DNA of 64,000 nt from an uncultured delta proteobacterium (GCA_963789265.1 CAWBKB010000006.1:256001-320000), one strand, 5' to 3'; shown: positions 31,336 to 41,910, counted from the first letter of the stretch. Program-made: numbers and translations. The notes: a model not told the origin generated them from the letters alone.

Positions 31336-32793
31336 TCAGTCGATGAGATTGCTTCGGTTCGCTCGCAATGACACTCGGAGGAGTTGATCGTTCTCTTCCG
31401 CGCGACCGTAAGGACCGGCTATGAAAGACCTGTACTCTTTGATTTTCTGGAGTAGGGAAGGGTAACTGATCTCAAGGATCTGAGCAGCTTGGGAGCGGTT
31501 TCCGCCGGTGCGATTCAATGCCCGGGCTATGAGATTCTTTTCCAGAATCTTGGAGGCCTTCTTGAGTGATAAGGTTTCTTCTGCGCTCGGCAGCACGGGG
31601 ACCTGGGCAGCAGAAGTACGAATATCGTGTGGAATACATTCCAGAGTGATCACGTTCCCGTCCGCAAGTATCATCGCTCTTTCTACGACATTTTGAAGCT
31701 CCCGCACATTCCCCTTCCAGGGGCAATTCAACAAGGCTTCTTTGGCCTCACGGCTGATCTGTCTGATTGCGAGGCCCATCTTTCTGTTGAAAATCTCCAC
31801 GAAGTGCTCCACCAGAGGAATGATATCTTCTTTTCGATCTCGTAGCGGTGGAAGCGCAATGCGCACGACATTTAGACGATAGAACAGATCTTTCCTGAAA
31901 CGACCACCTTCCAGGGCCACCTCCAGGTCCTGATTTGTGGCGGCAAGGATTCTTACGGAGACGTGCCGGTCCACGGTCTCACCCACTCGTCGCATTTCAC
32001 CTCTGTCGAGAATCCTTAGGAGCTTCACTTGGAGCGACGGATCCATACTTCCGATTTCATCGAGAAGCAGCGTTCCTCCGTCAGCCTCCTCGAAGAGACC
32101 CGGTTTTTCGTCCGTTGCCCCGGTAAACGCCCCGCGCACATGCCCGAACAGCTCCGTCTCTAGAAGGGCACCCGGAATCGCGCCGCAGTTGATTGCCACA
32201 AATGACTCGCGGCTTCGGGAAGAGCAGCGGTGGATTTCCCGTGCCATCATCTCTTTTCCCGTCCCGGACTCTCCGGTTATCAGGACCGAAGAATCTGAAC
32301 GAGCGACCTGGCGAACCGTATCCAAAACAGCTTTCATGGCCGAACTCTTGACGACCAACTCTCGGCTTCCCTCTATGCGAAGCAGTCTACGCCTGAGGCT
32401 AACCACCTCGCGTCGTAAGCGCTCTCTTTCGGAAGCTTTGCGGAGAGTTAAGACAACTTCGTCGGTCTTGAACGGCTTGGAAATGTAGTCGTACGCACCT
32501 TTGCGCATGGCTTCAAGTGCAAGTTCGATGCTGCCGTATGCGCTCATGAGGATGACGATCGTGTCTATCCCTCGGCCCCTGAGATGCTCCAAGAGTTGAA
32601 TGCCATCCATACCCGGCATTCGAACATCTGAAAGAATAAAGTCGAATTTCTCGCTTTGGGCAAGTTCCAAGGCCTGTCGGGCCGTGCCGGCACACTGGGG
32701 CTCGAATCCGTCCCGTTCAAGAACCGAGCTGAGCATGTGTAGCATGTTCGGTTCATCGTCTACGATCAGAATCTTATAACGCTGTTCATCCAT
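31336..32793 (-). CDS. Sigma54-dependent response regulator (NtrC/AtoC type)
   Basis: Receiver DD/D/K, GESGTGKE, GAFTGA, RKDLFYRL and a Fis HTH. Confidence 0.95.
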   Translation of the reverse strand: MDEQRYKILIVDDEPNMLHMLSSVLERDGFEPQCAGTARQALELAQSEKFDFILSDVRMPGMDGIQLLEHLRGRGIDTIVILMSAYGSIELALEAMRKGAYDYISKPFKTDEVVLTLRKASERERLRREVVSLRRRLLRIEGSRELVVKSSAMKAVLDTVRQVARSDSSVLITGESGTGKEMMAREIHRCSSRSRESFVAINCGAIPGALLETELFGHVRGAFTGATDEKPGLFEEADGGTLLLDEIGSMDPSLQVKLLRILDRGEMRRVGETVDRHVSVRILAATNQDLEVALEGGRFRKDLFYRLNVVRIALPPLRDRKEDIIPLVEHFVEIFNRKMGLAIRQISREAKEALLNCPWKGNVRELQNVVERAMILADGNVITLECIPHDIRTSAAQVPVLPSAEETLSLKKASKILEKNLIARALNRTGGNRSQAAQILEISYPSLLQKIKEYRSFIAGPYGRAEENDQLLRVSLRANRSNLID

Positions 32794-32992
32794 GGCGCGT
32801 GATGGCATGCTCTAGACAGGCGTGGACATCCTCAACCGCCAGGTCGGGGTAGTAGTCCTTGACAATCCGATCAAATGCCAAACCCTCGTTCAGTAGCTCC
32901 AGGACGTTTTGAACCGTGATACGCGGTCCAGCGATGCAGGGCTTGCCGAAGTGAATTCGAGGATTACTGGTAATTCGTTCTATCTTAATCAT
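32786..32992 (-). CDS. DUF433 domain protein
   Basis: NPRIHFGKPCIAGPRITVQNVLELL...YPDL. Confidence 0.85.
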   Translation of the reverse strand: MIKIERITSNPRIHFGKPCIAGPRITVQNVLELLNEGLAFDRIVKDYYPDLAVEDVHACLEHAITRHG

Positions 32993-33106
32993 CCTAGCTC
33001 CTTCCCGGTTGCAACTTGGGTTCCGTTCTTATTATACATCAGTCCGCACCATACGCGTGCCGTCTCCACGCTAAGCGGAACGCCCCGATGATGCGCCACA
33101 TTCTCC

Positions 33107-33135
33107 TTGACATATTTAATCAATTACATTAATAT
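33107..33135 (+). promoter_or_regulatory. Sigma70 promoter
   Basis: TTGACA-N17-TAATAT in an AT-rich region. Confidence 0.6.
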
Positions 33136-33207
33136 AAACCTGTATATATTGGACATCATGCAATTTATATATAATCAATGTGCATGAGTCCGCCAGGAGG
33201 ATGGTCT

Positions 33208-34506
33208 ATGAAAACAAGCATTGCTGCCTTAGCTCTGGCGGCTCTTCTCATCTTCCTACCGGGACACTCATTCTCGAAAGTCGTGTGCGAAAAAGACCAC
33301 GATTTTATCCCGAGATTTCACAATATGATCTTTCTCTTCGACGTATCCGACTCCATGATGTCAGGATACCCGAAAGCCTATGATTTTTCGCGGCTGTTTG
33401 TTGCCACAAGAGCGTTTATGATGTTCAACGCAGTGATGCCGCACGTGCCACACTGGCAGTATGACCTGAACACTGCGCTCATAACGTTTGGTGACTGTAA
33501 AACTCCCAGGCTTCTCGGCCCTCTCGGTCCGTGGACGAGGGTCAAGTATGCGGCGTACTACGCGTGCATGCGTAAGGAAGGTGGGGGCCCATGGCGAGCC
33601 GCGGCATTTCAGGACGCTTTGCAATTGGCGGGATCTCTTATCGGAACCGCAGCCGGCCGGACCGCCGTAGTGATTTTCACTGATGGGGGCACCATGGGCG
33701 AATGCCCTCAAAAGACTGCTATTTGCCTAAAAGATGCTTACGGCAAGAAAGTTCAGGTGTACGGAATTTTCTTCGGAAACAAGGAAGTCGGCTGGAGGAA
33801 CCTTTATGAGGTCTGCAAGCTGACCGGAGGATATTGCCGCCACTGGGAAGAAGTGCGTGCTAAATCCACAATGCAGGAATTTGCATGGGACATTCTTGTA
33901 AGAGAGATAATGTTCCCGTATCCCGAAGTTTTCTTCAAGGTGAAGAGCGCCGATCTGCTCCCTTCAGAAGCGCTCAAGCTCGAGAGCGTGGCCAATTTTC
34001 TCCATGCCATTCCGCAATATGTGCTCCAAATAGACGGACACACGACGTTCTTCGGCGACACCAGGAGTGATCACAAGCTCGGCATGGCCCGTGCCCTGAG
34101 CGTGAAGAATGCTCTGGTAAGGATGTACAACGTCAATCCCTCAAGAATAATGGTCCGTTCGTGGGGCAAAGAGTTGCCTCGCTACGACAATCAGAATCCG
34201 GACACTGCTGTTCGCAACCGTGAGGCCAACCTGTACTTGATGCTTCCGTTGAGGGATTTCCCCTACGATGAGAAATTTCTGCACACCTTCGGTGTGAGTG
34301 CCGTCGGAGACATCTACAACACGCAAGAGCGCTATAATCCCCAACAACGCGGGAACACCTTCGGACGCCATCCGGATGCCGAGTGGGCATGGCCGGCCAA
34401 ACCCGCGCCGGGTTCACCCATACCTGTACCTGTGGACAGGCGAAGTCAAAAGAGAGGCAGGCTTCCTGCTCAAGCCACCCCAGTCAGCGTGGGAGGACTC
34501 CATTAG
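33208..34506 (+). CDS. Exported vWA + OmpA-like domain protein
   Basis: Signal peptide, MIDAS DVSDS...IFTDG, and OmpA-like IDGHT...RA...NRE. Confidence 0.8.
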   Translation: MKTSIAALALAALLIFLPGHSFSKVVCEKDHDFIPRFHNMIFLFDVSDSMMSGYPKAYDFSRLFVATRAFMMFNAVMPHVPHWQYDLNTALITFGDCKTPRLLGPLGPWTRVKYAAYYACMRKEGGGPWRAAAFQDALQLAGSLIGTAAGRTAVVIFTDGGTMGECPQKTAICLKDAYGKKVQVYGIFFGNKEVGWRNLYEVCKLTGGYCRHWEEVRAKSTMQEFAWDILVREIMFPYPEVFFKVKSADLLPSEALKLESVANFLHAIPQYVLQIDGHTTFFGDTRSDHKLGMARALSVKNALVRMYNVNPSRIMVRSWGKELPRYDNQNPDTAVRNREANLYLMLPLRDFPYDEKFLHTFGVSAVGDIYNTQERYNPQQRGNTFGRHPDAEWAWPAKPAPGSPIPVPVDRRSQKRGRLPAQATPVSVGGLH

Positions 34507-34569
34507 AAGGGGGCCCGGGGCACGCTGACTGTCCTACAGAGACGGGCATCCTTCCAAATTCACAGTAGG

Positions 34570-34850
34570 GTGGGCATCCTGCCAAATTCACAGTGGGGTG
34601 GGCATCTTGCCCGCCATCCAATACGTAACACCGTGTTTCAGGTAGGGGCGGGTTTGAAACCCGCCCCTACATATCGTAATGCCCGTGTACGCCGGGACTG
34701 TAGGGGCGAATGGTATTCGCCCCGGGCGACCGCCGGTCGCCCCTACCATCCCGGATCGAGTTCCGGGACGACCAATGACAGTCTATCCCACGCGGGACTG
34801 CCCTAACAGATCCTTTCCAGGATTGTCACTTGTTTGACGGCGCATAGGTA
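34570..34850. repeat. REP mosaic / partial TACC-type MITE
   Basis: GTAGGGGCG..CGCCCCTAC modules. Right end GATTGTCACTTGTTTGACGGCGCATAGGTA. Confidence 0.75.
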
Positions 34851-34881
34851 TTTGCGCCTAAACCCCGTACTAGATTCTCCC

Positions 34882-36528
34882 TCACAACTGCTCTCTAGCG
34901 GCATTCTTCGATTCAAGCCACGAAATGGCTGCGGCATGCAGTCTGCCGACGAGCCGCGAAGACCTCGCCAGATCATGGAAACGAACTAGCCATTTCGCCG
35001 GAATCCTCTTGAGCAGCCTGCTGCCGGAACCACTGATCAAGTTGCGGTATCGAATCCGCTCGAGATGTGCTTCCAGTTTTTTTTGGTTCTGCACATTCCT
35101 GTCCCGGATCCTCTCCCAGTTCAGCCCGTTCAGCTCGTCGTAAACAAACTGTTCTCTCTCAAATACGGATGTTCGAACGCTTCGCAAGTTAGTGAGGCCA
35201 TACCGCTCCGGGTATTGAAACATCAAGGACTGTGGCTCCAGGAGAAAACGCTGGGGCAAGAATGCCGCCATATCCGAATCAATGTAGCGCTCCACTAGCC
35301 GTTTGAAACTCTCAACATCCTCTTCCGATTCATGAGGAGCGTTGTAGATCAGGTGGATGTAATTTTTGATCCCAAAACCTATTGCTTGGTCGATCAAATC
35401 ATGCATTTTCTCTGCGTCAAACCGCTTTCCCAGTAACCGAACCGTGGGAGTATGAGCCGATTCGACCCCCCAGAAGAGGCTGAAGCATCCGGCGTCTTTT
35501 GCTTTCTTCAGCAACTCTTGGCTGAACCCGTTTACCTTTGCATAGGCATACCAACGAATGGCGGGAAGCTCGGCCGCAAGTCGATCGCAAACCTCGGCAC
35601 AGCGGGTGGGATTGCCGTTAATCGAAGCATCTGCAAACTGGAACGTAACCGTTCGGTATTTCCGGGCAAGTTGAGATACCTCTGAAACGATCTTGTCGGC
35701 TGACTTGCAATCAAACGCGTCAACCAGGCGTCCCGTACAGAAACTGCACTGCGAGGGGCACCCCTTGGACATTCGATATGGAAGAAAGAGAGTCTTCTCT
35801 CCGGTCAAGGGATGGTCGTAGCGATACGAGTCCAGAGAAAGGCCCTCAAAGTCGGGAACGCGCTCTTCTTCGGCCGGCAGTCTGGACTGCGGCCTCTGAA
35901 TAAGCTTTCCTTCCTCGAAATAGATAGCGCCGGGTATTTCCGCGCGGCAGACCTTCATTCTTCCGTGGTGCAGCCTGTGGAGCATGAGCAGGGGGACCTC
36001 TCCGCTCCCTTTAATCCAGTAGTCGGCCGCTCCGTAAGGAACAAAGGATTCCGCGGGCTTGATCGTGATAAAGGGTCCGCCGAAGACGATTACAGCCTCC
36101 CGGTTAAGTCGGCGGATATAATGTGCGATTAGAAGTGAGGCCCAGAACTGATGATAAGCGACTATGGAGAAGGCGTACATTCCCGCGTCGGGAATCAAGC
36201 GGCCCGCATACTTTTCGGTGAAGGCTCCGAGCCCTTCCTGCAAGGCGAATCCTTGAAGAGAATTGAAGAATTCGTCCTGGGAAAACGTCCTTTCAGGGTT
36301 GTGGTAGTCGATGTCATCATTATCGCCAAAGAGATATTCGATGAGAAAATCGCATTGGATCACCGGCACAGAGTGCTCTTTCAGAAAGGCGTAAACTACC
36401 GACATGCCGTAAGGCATAAATTTGGTCTTTAGGTATCGTTTACTTATAGCTGGAGGATGAACGAGAACCACTCGCGGATCGGCGGGATAGCGAAGCGTTA
36501 CTGATGCATCACTCGAACCTGATTTCAT
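34882..36528 (-). CDS. Radical SAM protein with cobalamin-binding-like N-terminus
   Basis: SKGCPSQCSFC, VFGGP and WGVES. Confidence 0.85.
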   Translation of the reverse strand: MKSGSSDASVTLRYPADPRVVLVHPPAISKRYLKTKFMPYGMSVVYAFLKEHSVPVIQCDFLIEYLFGDNDDIDYHNPERTFSQDEFFNSLQGFALQEGLGAFTEKYAGRLIPDAGMYAFSIVAYHQFWASLLIAHYIRRLNREAVIVFGGPFITIKPAESFVPYGAADYWIKGSGEVPLLMLHRLHHGRMKVCRAEIPGAIYFEEGKLIQRPQSRLPAEEERVPDFEGLSLDSYRYDHPLTGEKTLFLPYRMSKGCPSQCSFCTGRLVDAFDCKSADKIVSEVSQLARKYRTVTFQFADASINGNPTRCAEVCDRLAAELPAIRWYAYAKVNGFSQELLKKAKDAGCFSLFWGVESAHTPTVRLLGKRFDAEKMHDLIDQAIGFGIKNYIHLIYNAPHESEEDVESFKRLVERYIDSDMAAFLPQRFLLEPQSLMFQYPERYGLTNLRSVRTSVFEREQFVYDELNGLNWERIRDRNVQNQKKLEAHLERIRYRNLISGSGSRLLKRIPAKWLVRFHDLARSSRLVGRLHAAAISWLESKNAAREQL

Positions 36529-36614
36529 GTTCGCTCTTAGGACTGCGAGGAACGTCTACGAGTAGTTCTGAAAGAAAGGGTCCGCAATAGCGAAGTCTGA
36601 CAATTCTGCGTGGA

Positions 36615-37112
36615 TCAATGAGAATGAGGCTGCTTGTTCAGCTTATCCATTTTCGCAACCACGGCTGACAGCCTGGCCTCAATGTCGTTCAACTTGTTTT
36701 GCAAAGCGGCATTGCTAGCCGATTGACGCGGCCCTTGCGCCGAGCTTCCCGTGGGACGCAACGACTGCTTCAGGTCTCCCAATTCTTGGCGAATCCCCTG
36801 CAAGCTCCTGATCACTCCGCGCTCATTATCAAGCATGGCTTGAGAATAATTTTGAATGGCACGCTCCGCACCGGTCCCTTTTTTTTGGAGTTCCGCTATA
36901 AGGCCGTCGGTCTTATATTGCATCCTTTCCGTTGTAGCAGCCATTCGACTGGTGCTATTGGCCATTGAAGGCATAGCGGATGCCATGACCCCCATATAAT
37001 AAACCATCTGGTCCATATTCCCCTGAATCCTTTTCACATCAGGGAGGCCCGCGCAACTTACGGCGAATAAGAGGGTCGAGACGACCAGCAAATTTCTTAG
37101 AGTTCCAGTCAT
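36615..37112 (-). CDS. Hypothetical coiled-coil lipoprotein
   Basis: Lipobox AVSC. Confidence 0.7.
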   Translation of the reverse strand: MTGTLRNLLVVSTLLFAVSCAGLPDVKRIQGNMDQMVYYMGVMASAMPSMANSTSRMAATTERMQYKTDGLIAELQKKGTGAERAIQNYSQAMLDNERGVIRSLQGIRQELGDLKQSLRPTGSSAQGPRQSASNAALQNKLNDIEARLSAVVAKMDKLNKQPHSH

Positions 37113-37173
37113 GACGAAACCCCTGGGAGCCAGGTTCGGTTTGGATTCGCAGACCTTCCTGTGCGTCGATTAC

Positions 37174-37995
37174 TTAGTGTCTCCAGTTGAATGTCCCAAA
37201 TTTCGCAGGGTCCATTATTTCATCCGGCAGTTGAATTCCGAAAACTGCATTGTCCTGTCGCACCAGAATCTTCATCTTCTTGGAAGGGATAGTTATCTCT
37301 TCCTCTCTGGGAAACTGCGTGCCCTTATCGGTTTTGAAGAATTTCACGACGCGAAAAGTCCTTTGTATTTTTCCTTTCGGATCGCGCTGCTCCGACTTGA
37401 TTACCAGGAAATCGTTTTTGGATACCCAGACCAAGCGCTCTCCCTTTTCGTTGGGCATCGAGATTTTGATCACATAGCACTCGCGGCCGTCCACGGTCTC
37501 TTCGTTGAGAAGCGTCTCCCGGCCGGCGCCGTTGGGCACAAAGCCCTGGATGTCTTCCATGGTAAGGCCGGTAGCTCCTATGTTCACCGATGGGTCGTTA
37601 ACGGCCAAGGGGAGAGTCTTACCTGCTGCCGGCATGTACATGAAAGCCTTGGTTTCGTCCCCGGGCTCGATCTCGAAGAGAAAGCGCAAGCCTTTAGATT
37701 CTTTAGGCTCTATGAAATCAATGAAAAAGGTGCTTGTGTCCTTCTTTGTCTTTCCCATGAACCAAAGGACATGGTGAGAGACGGCTTTCATCTTTCTCAG
37801 GGTCTTCACGGAAACCACGGCACGAAAGGTGTCGTGGAAATTCTGCTTCGCGACCTGTTCGAGAATTTCGTGCGCGGTCATTGCCTGCAAATCAAGGGAG
37901 ATACAGAGCAGAACCAGTCCGATAATGACGGGTAAGTATCGATTAGTGCTAAAACGCATACCTTGTGGTCCCAAGCGTGAGTTTGTTCGTGTCAT
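37174..37995 (-). CDS. Outer-membrane lipoprotein-sorting (LolA-like) protein; start may be 37959
   Basis: Signal peptide. F..P.E.KG.RFL, YMPA and EETVDGRECYVI. Confidence 0.75.
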   Translation of the reverse strand: MTRTNSRLGPQGMRFSTNRYLPVIIGLVLLCISLDLQAMTAHEILEQVAKQNFHDTFRAVVSVKTLRKMKAVSHHVLWFMGKTKKDTSTFFIDFIEPKESKGLRFLFEIEPGDETKAFMYMPAAGKTLPLAVNDPSVNIGATGLTMEDIQGFVPNGAGRETLLNEETVDGRECYVIKISMPNEKGERLVWVSKNDFLVIKSEQRDPKGKIQRTFRVVKFFKTDKGTQFPREEEITIPSKKMKILVRQDNAVFGIQLPDEIMDPAKFGTFNWRH

Positions 37996-38271
37996 GAGTT
38001 CTAGGCCGCTTGCTAAGCAAATTACTAATGTAAAAGGACGATTACCTTTCGTTTGAAAAACACAGTACTTGCAATGGCTTTAATACCATAAAAACACTGC
38101 ATTTGTCAATAGGTTGTGCCCACGGGAAAGGGGCAGCCTCCAGGGCAATCAACCTCATGCAAAGGGCCCGTGCCCATAACGAATGCCCCAAACTCTATCA
38201 CATCAAGCTTTATATTGACAACAGCTTATTTAGGGCGTGCGCGTGTATTAGGTACGTGGGGCAGGCTTTCC

Positions 38272-38488
38272 GAGACTGTCTCAAAATTCCGCACAAGGTT
38301 CGAATCGTGCCACGATGGCAGCCCGGCACTGAAGCACCAGTCTACTTTCTATCGCCCCAATGGGGCTCAAATGCAAGCGTCCCGTAGGGACTGGGGATAG
38401 TAGCCCGATCCCGCGGAACGCGGGATTGCCGGGGCGAAAGTCTATCGTGCCTCGCATTTTACTCATGCCCGGATTTTGAGACAGTTTC
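38272..38488. mobile_element. MITE with GAGACTGTCTCAAAAT TIRs (IS1182/IS5-like ends)
   Basis: TIR 15/16 match. 4-bp TSD TTCC. Inserted in the REP-like hairpin GGGGCAGGCTTTCC|AGCCCGCC. Confidence 0.78.
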
Positions 38489-38696
38489 TTCCAGCCCGCC
38501 TGTTGCTCAACTTGGCTGACGGCAGGCTTGAAGCGCCGGGTTGTCAACGTGCTACAATTCGAGGCACCAAAATAGTTTTGGAACAGTTTTGTAAGGCCCG
38601 TACTACATGAGCAAGCAGTCATGTATTTCATTTCTTTTGATGCTTTTTTTTCAAGCAGACATAGGCTAAAATACGCGATTGTACGGGAGATAATCC

Positions 38697-39056
38697 ATGA
38701 ATCTTATTATTCGACTAAGCATTGTCCCTATTTTTGCGACGGTTTTGACCGCTCCAGCCTACGCACAGTGGCCGCTGGGACAAAATCCGCCCACGCAGGA
38801 AGCCAGGTCCGCAGAAGCCGGTCTTCATATTACGACCACGGGTAGGTACCAAATCTTTGTCTCACCTCAGGCCAAAGGTCACACGTTTATGCTCGACACG
38901 GATTCGGGCAGAGTCTGGATCATGAAAAAGGACAGCACATCCGGTGATTTTTCCTTACATCGAGTTCCTGTGGAGCAGGTAGATGCCCAGCCTGCCGGCA
39001 AATCCGGGACAAAGCAGACCAAGAAGAGTGAGAAACAGTCCACCATTCCGAAATGA
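38697..39056 (+). CDS. Exported hypothetical protein
   Basis: Signal peptide AYA-Q. GRYQIF...FMLDTDSGRVW. Confidence 0.75.
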   Translation: MNLIIRLSIVPIFATVLTAPAYAQWPLGQNPPTQEARSAEAGLHITTTGRYQIFVSPQAKGHTFMLDTDSGRVWIMKKDSTSGDFSLHRVPVEQVDAQPAGKSGTKQTKKSEKQSTIPK

Positions 39057-39249
39057 TTGATTGATGGTTAACTTATAATTGTTGATGGCTCATAAGCTCC
39101 CAACCTTTTCTTGATCTTTTCCAATAGACGATGTTACCAAAGGGATCTCGGCGGAGGCGCCTGAGAGATGTGACCAGCCGCCGGTGGGAGACGGGGTTGA
39201 GAGCGGCTGGGCTGACTGATCGGACAACAGAGGAGGAGCGAACGCTGAT

Positions 39250-40326
39250 ATGAAAACGCAGGGATACAGGGTCGCTGTTGTCGGCGCTACCGGCGCAGTG
39301 GGCAACATGATGATCGATCTTTTGGAGAAACGGTCTTTCCCGGTAAAAGAAATCTTGCTGCTGGCCTCGGGTCGTTCCGCCGGGAGAACTCTCAGATTCA
39401 GGGGGGAAGATCATCCTGTGCAGGAGCTTACTGAGTCTTCATTTGAAGGCGTGGACATCGGCCTGTTCTCACCCGGAGGGGCTGTCAGCGCAAAATTTGC
39501 ACCGGTGGCCGCAGCCGCGGGTTGCATAGTGATAGACAATACTGCCCACTTTCGAATGGATCCCGAAGTTCCCCTGGTAGTGCCGGAAGTGAATCCCGGC
39601 GCCATCGCGGGTTATAAGGCAAAGAACATTATTGCCAATCCCAACTGCTCCACCATACAGATGGTCGTTGCGCTCAAACCTCTGCACGATGCCGCAACCA
39701 TCAAGCGAATCGTCGTGTCCACGTATCAGTCTGTATCGGGTACCGGGAAAGATGCCATCGAGGAGATGCTCGATCAGTCGCGAGCGATCTCTTCCGCGGT
39801 CCTCTGGACGAAAGATCAGGGCCTGGATACTCTGAGAGAAGCTTTGAAGCCTTATAGGACGGTAGCCACTAATGTCTATCCCCACCGTATCGCATTCGAG
39901 TGTCTGCCCCATATCGACGTCTTCCTGGAAAACGGTTACTCCAGGGAGGAGATGAAAATGGTGTGGGAGACTCACAAGATACTGGATCCATCCATCCGCG
40001 TCACAGCCACGGCTGTCCGGGTACCGACATTCTTCGGTCATTCCGAATCAGTGAACATCGAGACTGAAAAAAAGATCACGCGAGAAGAGGCGCGCGAGCT
40101 TCTCGAGCATGCACCCGGCGTTCAGGTGGTTGACGATCCATCGTGCAATGAATATCCGCTAACTGCCCTCGCGGGCGGCGAAGATCTCACGCTGGTCGGC
40201 CGGATTCGTGAGGATGAAACCATACCCAACGGTTTGAATCTCTGGGTGGTTTCAGACAATATTGTCAAAGGGGCTGCACTTAATGCAATCCAGATTGCTG
40301 AGACACTTGTGGACCGCTACCTCTGA
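39250..40326 (+). CDS. asd: Aspartate-semialdehyde dehydrogenase
   Basis: GATGAVG, NPNCST, GHSE and DNIVKGAA. Confidence 0.96.
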   Translation: MKTQGYRVAVVGATGAVGNMMIDLLEKRSFPVKEILLLASGRSAGRTLRFRGEDHPVQELTESSFEGVDIGLFSPGGAVSAKFAPVAAAAGCIVIDNTAHFRMDPEVPLVVPEVNPGAIAGYKAKNIIANPNCSTIQMVVALKPLHDAATIKRIVVSTYQSVSGTGKDAIEEMLDQSRAISSAVLWTKDQGLDTLREALKPYRTVATNVYPHRIAFECLPHIDVFLENGYSREEMKMVWETHKILDPSIRVTATAVRVPTFFGHSESVNIETEKKITREEARELLEHAPGVQVVDDPSCNEYPLTALAGGEDLTLVGRIREDETIPNGLNLWVVSDNIVKGAALNAIQIAETLVDRYL

Positions 40327-40425
40327 GGCTCAATAGTTGAGGACTGCCGTTCTCGAAGGAGAATTCACAATACGCGGCTCCGGCTGGGCAATTACCCCGT
40401 AAACAGAAAGGCGAAAGGAACACCT

Positions 40426-41610
40426 GTGAGCGTCAAACGAGAGGCTGTCATAGTCAGTGCCGTTCGTACTCCGATCGGCTCTTTCGGGGGGACCCTTAGT
40501 GGGTTCGGTGCAACAGAGCTGGGAGGGATGGTTGTCGCAGAGGCCGTTAAGAGAGCGGGACTGGACAAAGCCGATGTGGACGAAGTCATAATGGGGCAGG
40601 TACTTCCGTGCGGATACGGCCAGAACCCGGCTCGGCAGGCGTCTCTAAAGGCCGGCCTCCCGTATGAAACTCAGTGCTTCACAATAAATAAAGTCTGCGG
40701 ATCGGGGCTTAAGGCGGTCATGTTGGCCGCGCAGGCTATTCAGCTCGGGGACGCTGAAGTTGTCATAGCGGGGGGCATGGAGAGTATGACCAATGCCCCG
40801 TACTATCTTGAAAAGGCCCGCTTCGGATACCGGATGGGTGATGGAGGGCTGATTGACCACATGGTTCATGACGGCCTCTGGGACATAGTGAACGATTTCC
40901 ACATGGGCATCAGCAACGACCTGTGCAGCGAGAAATATAATGTCTCAAGAGAGGATCAGGATCGTTACGCCGCGCTGAGCTATTCACGAACTTTAGAATC
41001 GATGAAAGAAGGCCGATACAAAGAAGAAATCATGCCTGTTACCGTTCCTCAGCGAAAGGGCGATCCAAAAATCTTTGACACAGATGAGTGCCCGAGGGAG
41101 ACCGGCTATGAGGCATTAAGCCGAATGAAGCCGGCATTTCAGGCGGGAGGGTATGCCACGGCCGGGAATGCATCCGTAATTTCCGACGGGGCTTCCGCAC
41201 TTTGTGTCACGTCCTACGAAAAAGCCAAAGAAAGAGGATTAGAAGTATTAGTCAGGGTGGGCTCGCAGGGAAGTGCGGGGCTGGACATGAAGTATGTGCT
41301 CATGGCTCCGATCCTCTCAATCCCTAAAGTTGCATCCAAAGAGGGCGTAGACTACCGGAAGATAGACCTCATGGAAGTCAACGAAGCATTTTCGGGCTCG
41401 ACCGTCGGTGTCATCCGCGAGCTGGGCCTGGACGTCGATCAGTGCAACGTGAACGGCGGATCGGTAGCCCTGGGTCATCCCATAGGGGCAAGCGGAGCAA
41501 GGGTTCTCACAACTCTCATTTATGCTATGAAGCACCGGGGGGCCAGGTCAGGGATGGCCTCTCTATGTCTGGGAGGAGGGGAAGCGGTTTCTCTATATAT
41601 AGATAGGTGA
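40426..41610 (+). CDS. Acetyl-CoA C-acetyltransferase (thiolase)
   Basis: NKVCGSG, NEAF, GHPIGASG and CLGGG. Confidence 0.95.
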   Translation: MSVKREAVIVSAVRTPIGSFGGTLSGFGATELGGMVVAEAVKRAGLDKADVDEVIMGQVLPCGYGQNPARQASLKAGLPYETQCFTINKVCGSGLKAVMLAAQAIQLGDAEVVIAGGMESMTNAPYYLEKARFGYRMGDGGLIDHMVHDGLWDIVNDFHMGISNDLCSEKYNVSREDQDRYAALSYSRTLESMKEGRYKEEIMPVTVPQRKGDPKIFDTDECPRETGYEALSRMKPAFQAGGYATAGNASVISDGASALCVTSYEKAKERGLEVLVRVGSQGSAGLDMKYVLMAPILSIPKVASKEGVDYRKIDLMEVNEAFSGSTVGVIRELGLDVDQCNVNGGSVALGHPIGASGARVLTTLIYAMKHRGARSGMASLCLGGGEAVSLYIDR

Positions 41611-41910
41611 TGGTATCGCATGGCAGTGGCGATTCTGTTGGCAGCGTTATGTTTGCTCCTCAACATTTGCTTCTATGTAGGCCCGCCATTCATTTGTTCA
41701 GGGCGAACGGTGTATTTCCATCGGTGTCATTGCGAGCGAAGCAATTGAAATGGAAGACTGGCCACAAGAGCTGGATTGCTTCGTCGCGTTGCTCCTCGCA
41801 ATGACAGTTTCCGCGTAAATGAACAATTTCAGACCGGTGACTCGCGGTTGAAGCTCACGGCCTACTATGCTAATTTAGCTTACATATATTTCGATGATTG
41901 AATAGGCTGC

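Noticed and set aside
34544..34615. 28-bp tandem duplication
   Set aside because: A local duplication of a REP-type unit, only about 2.5 copies.
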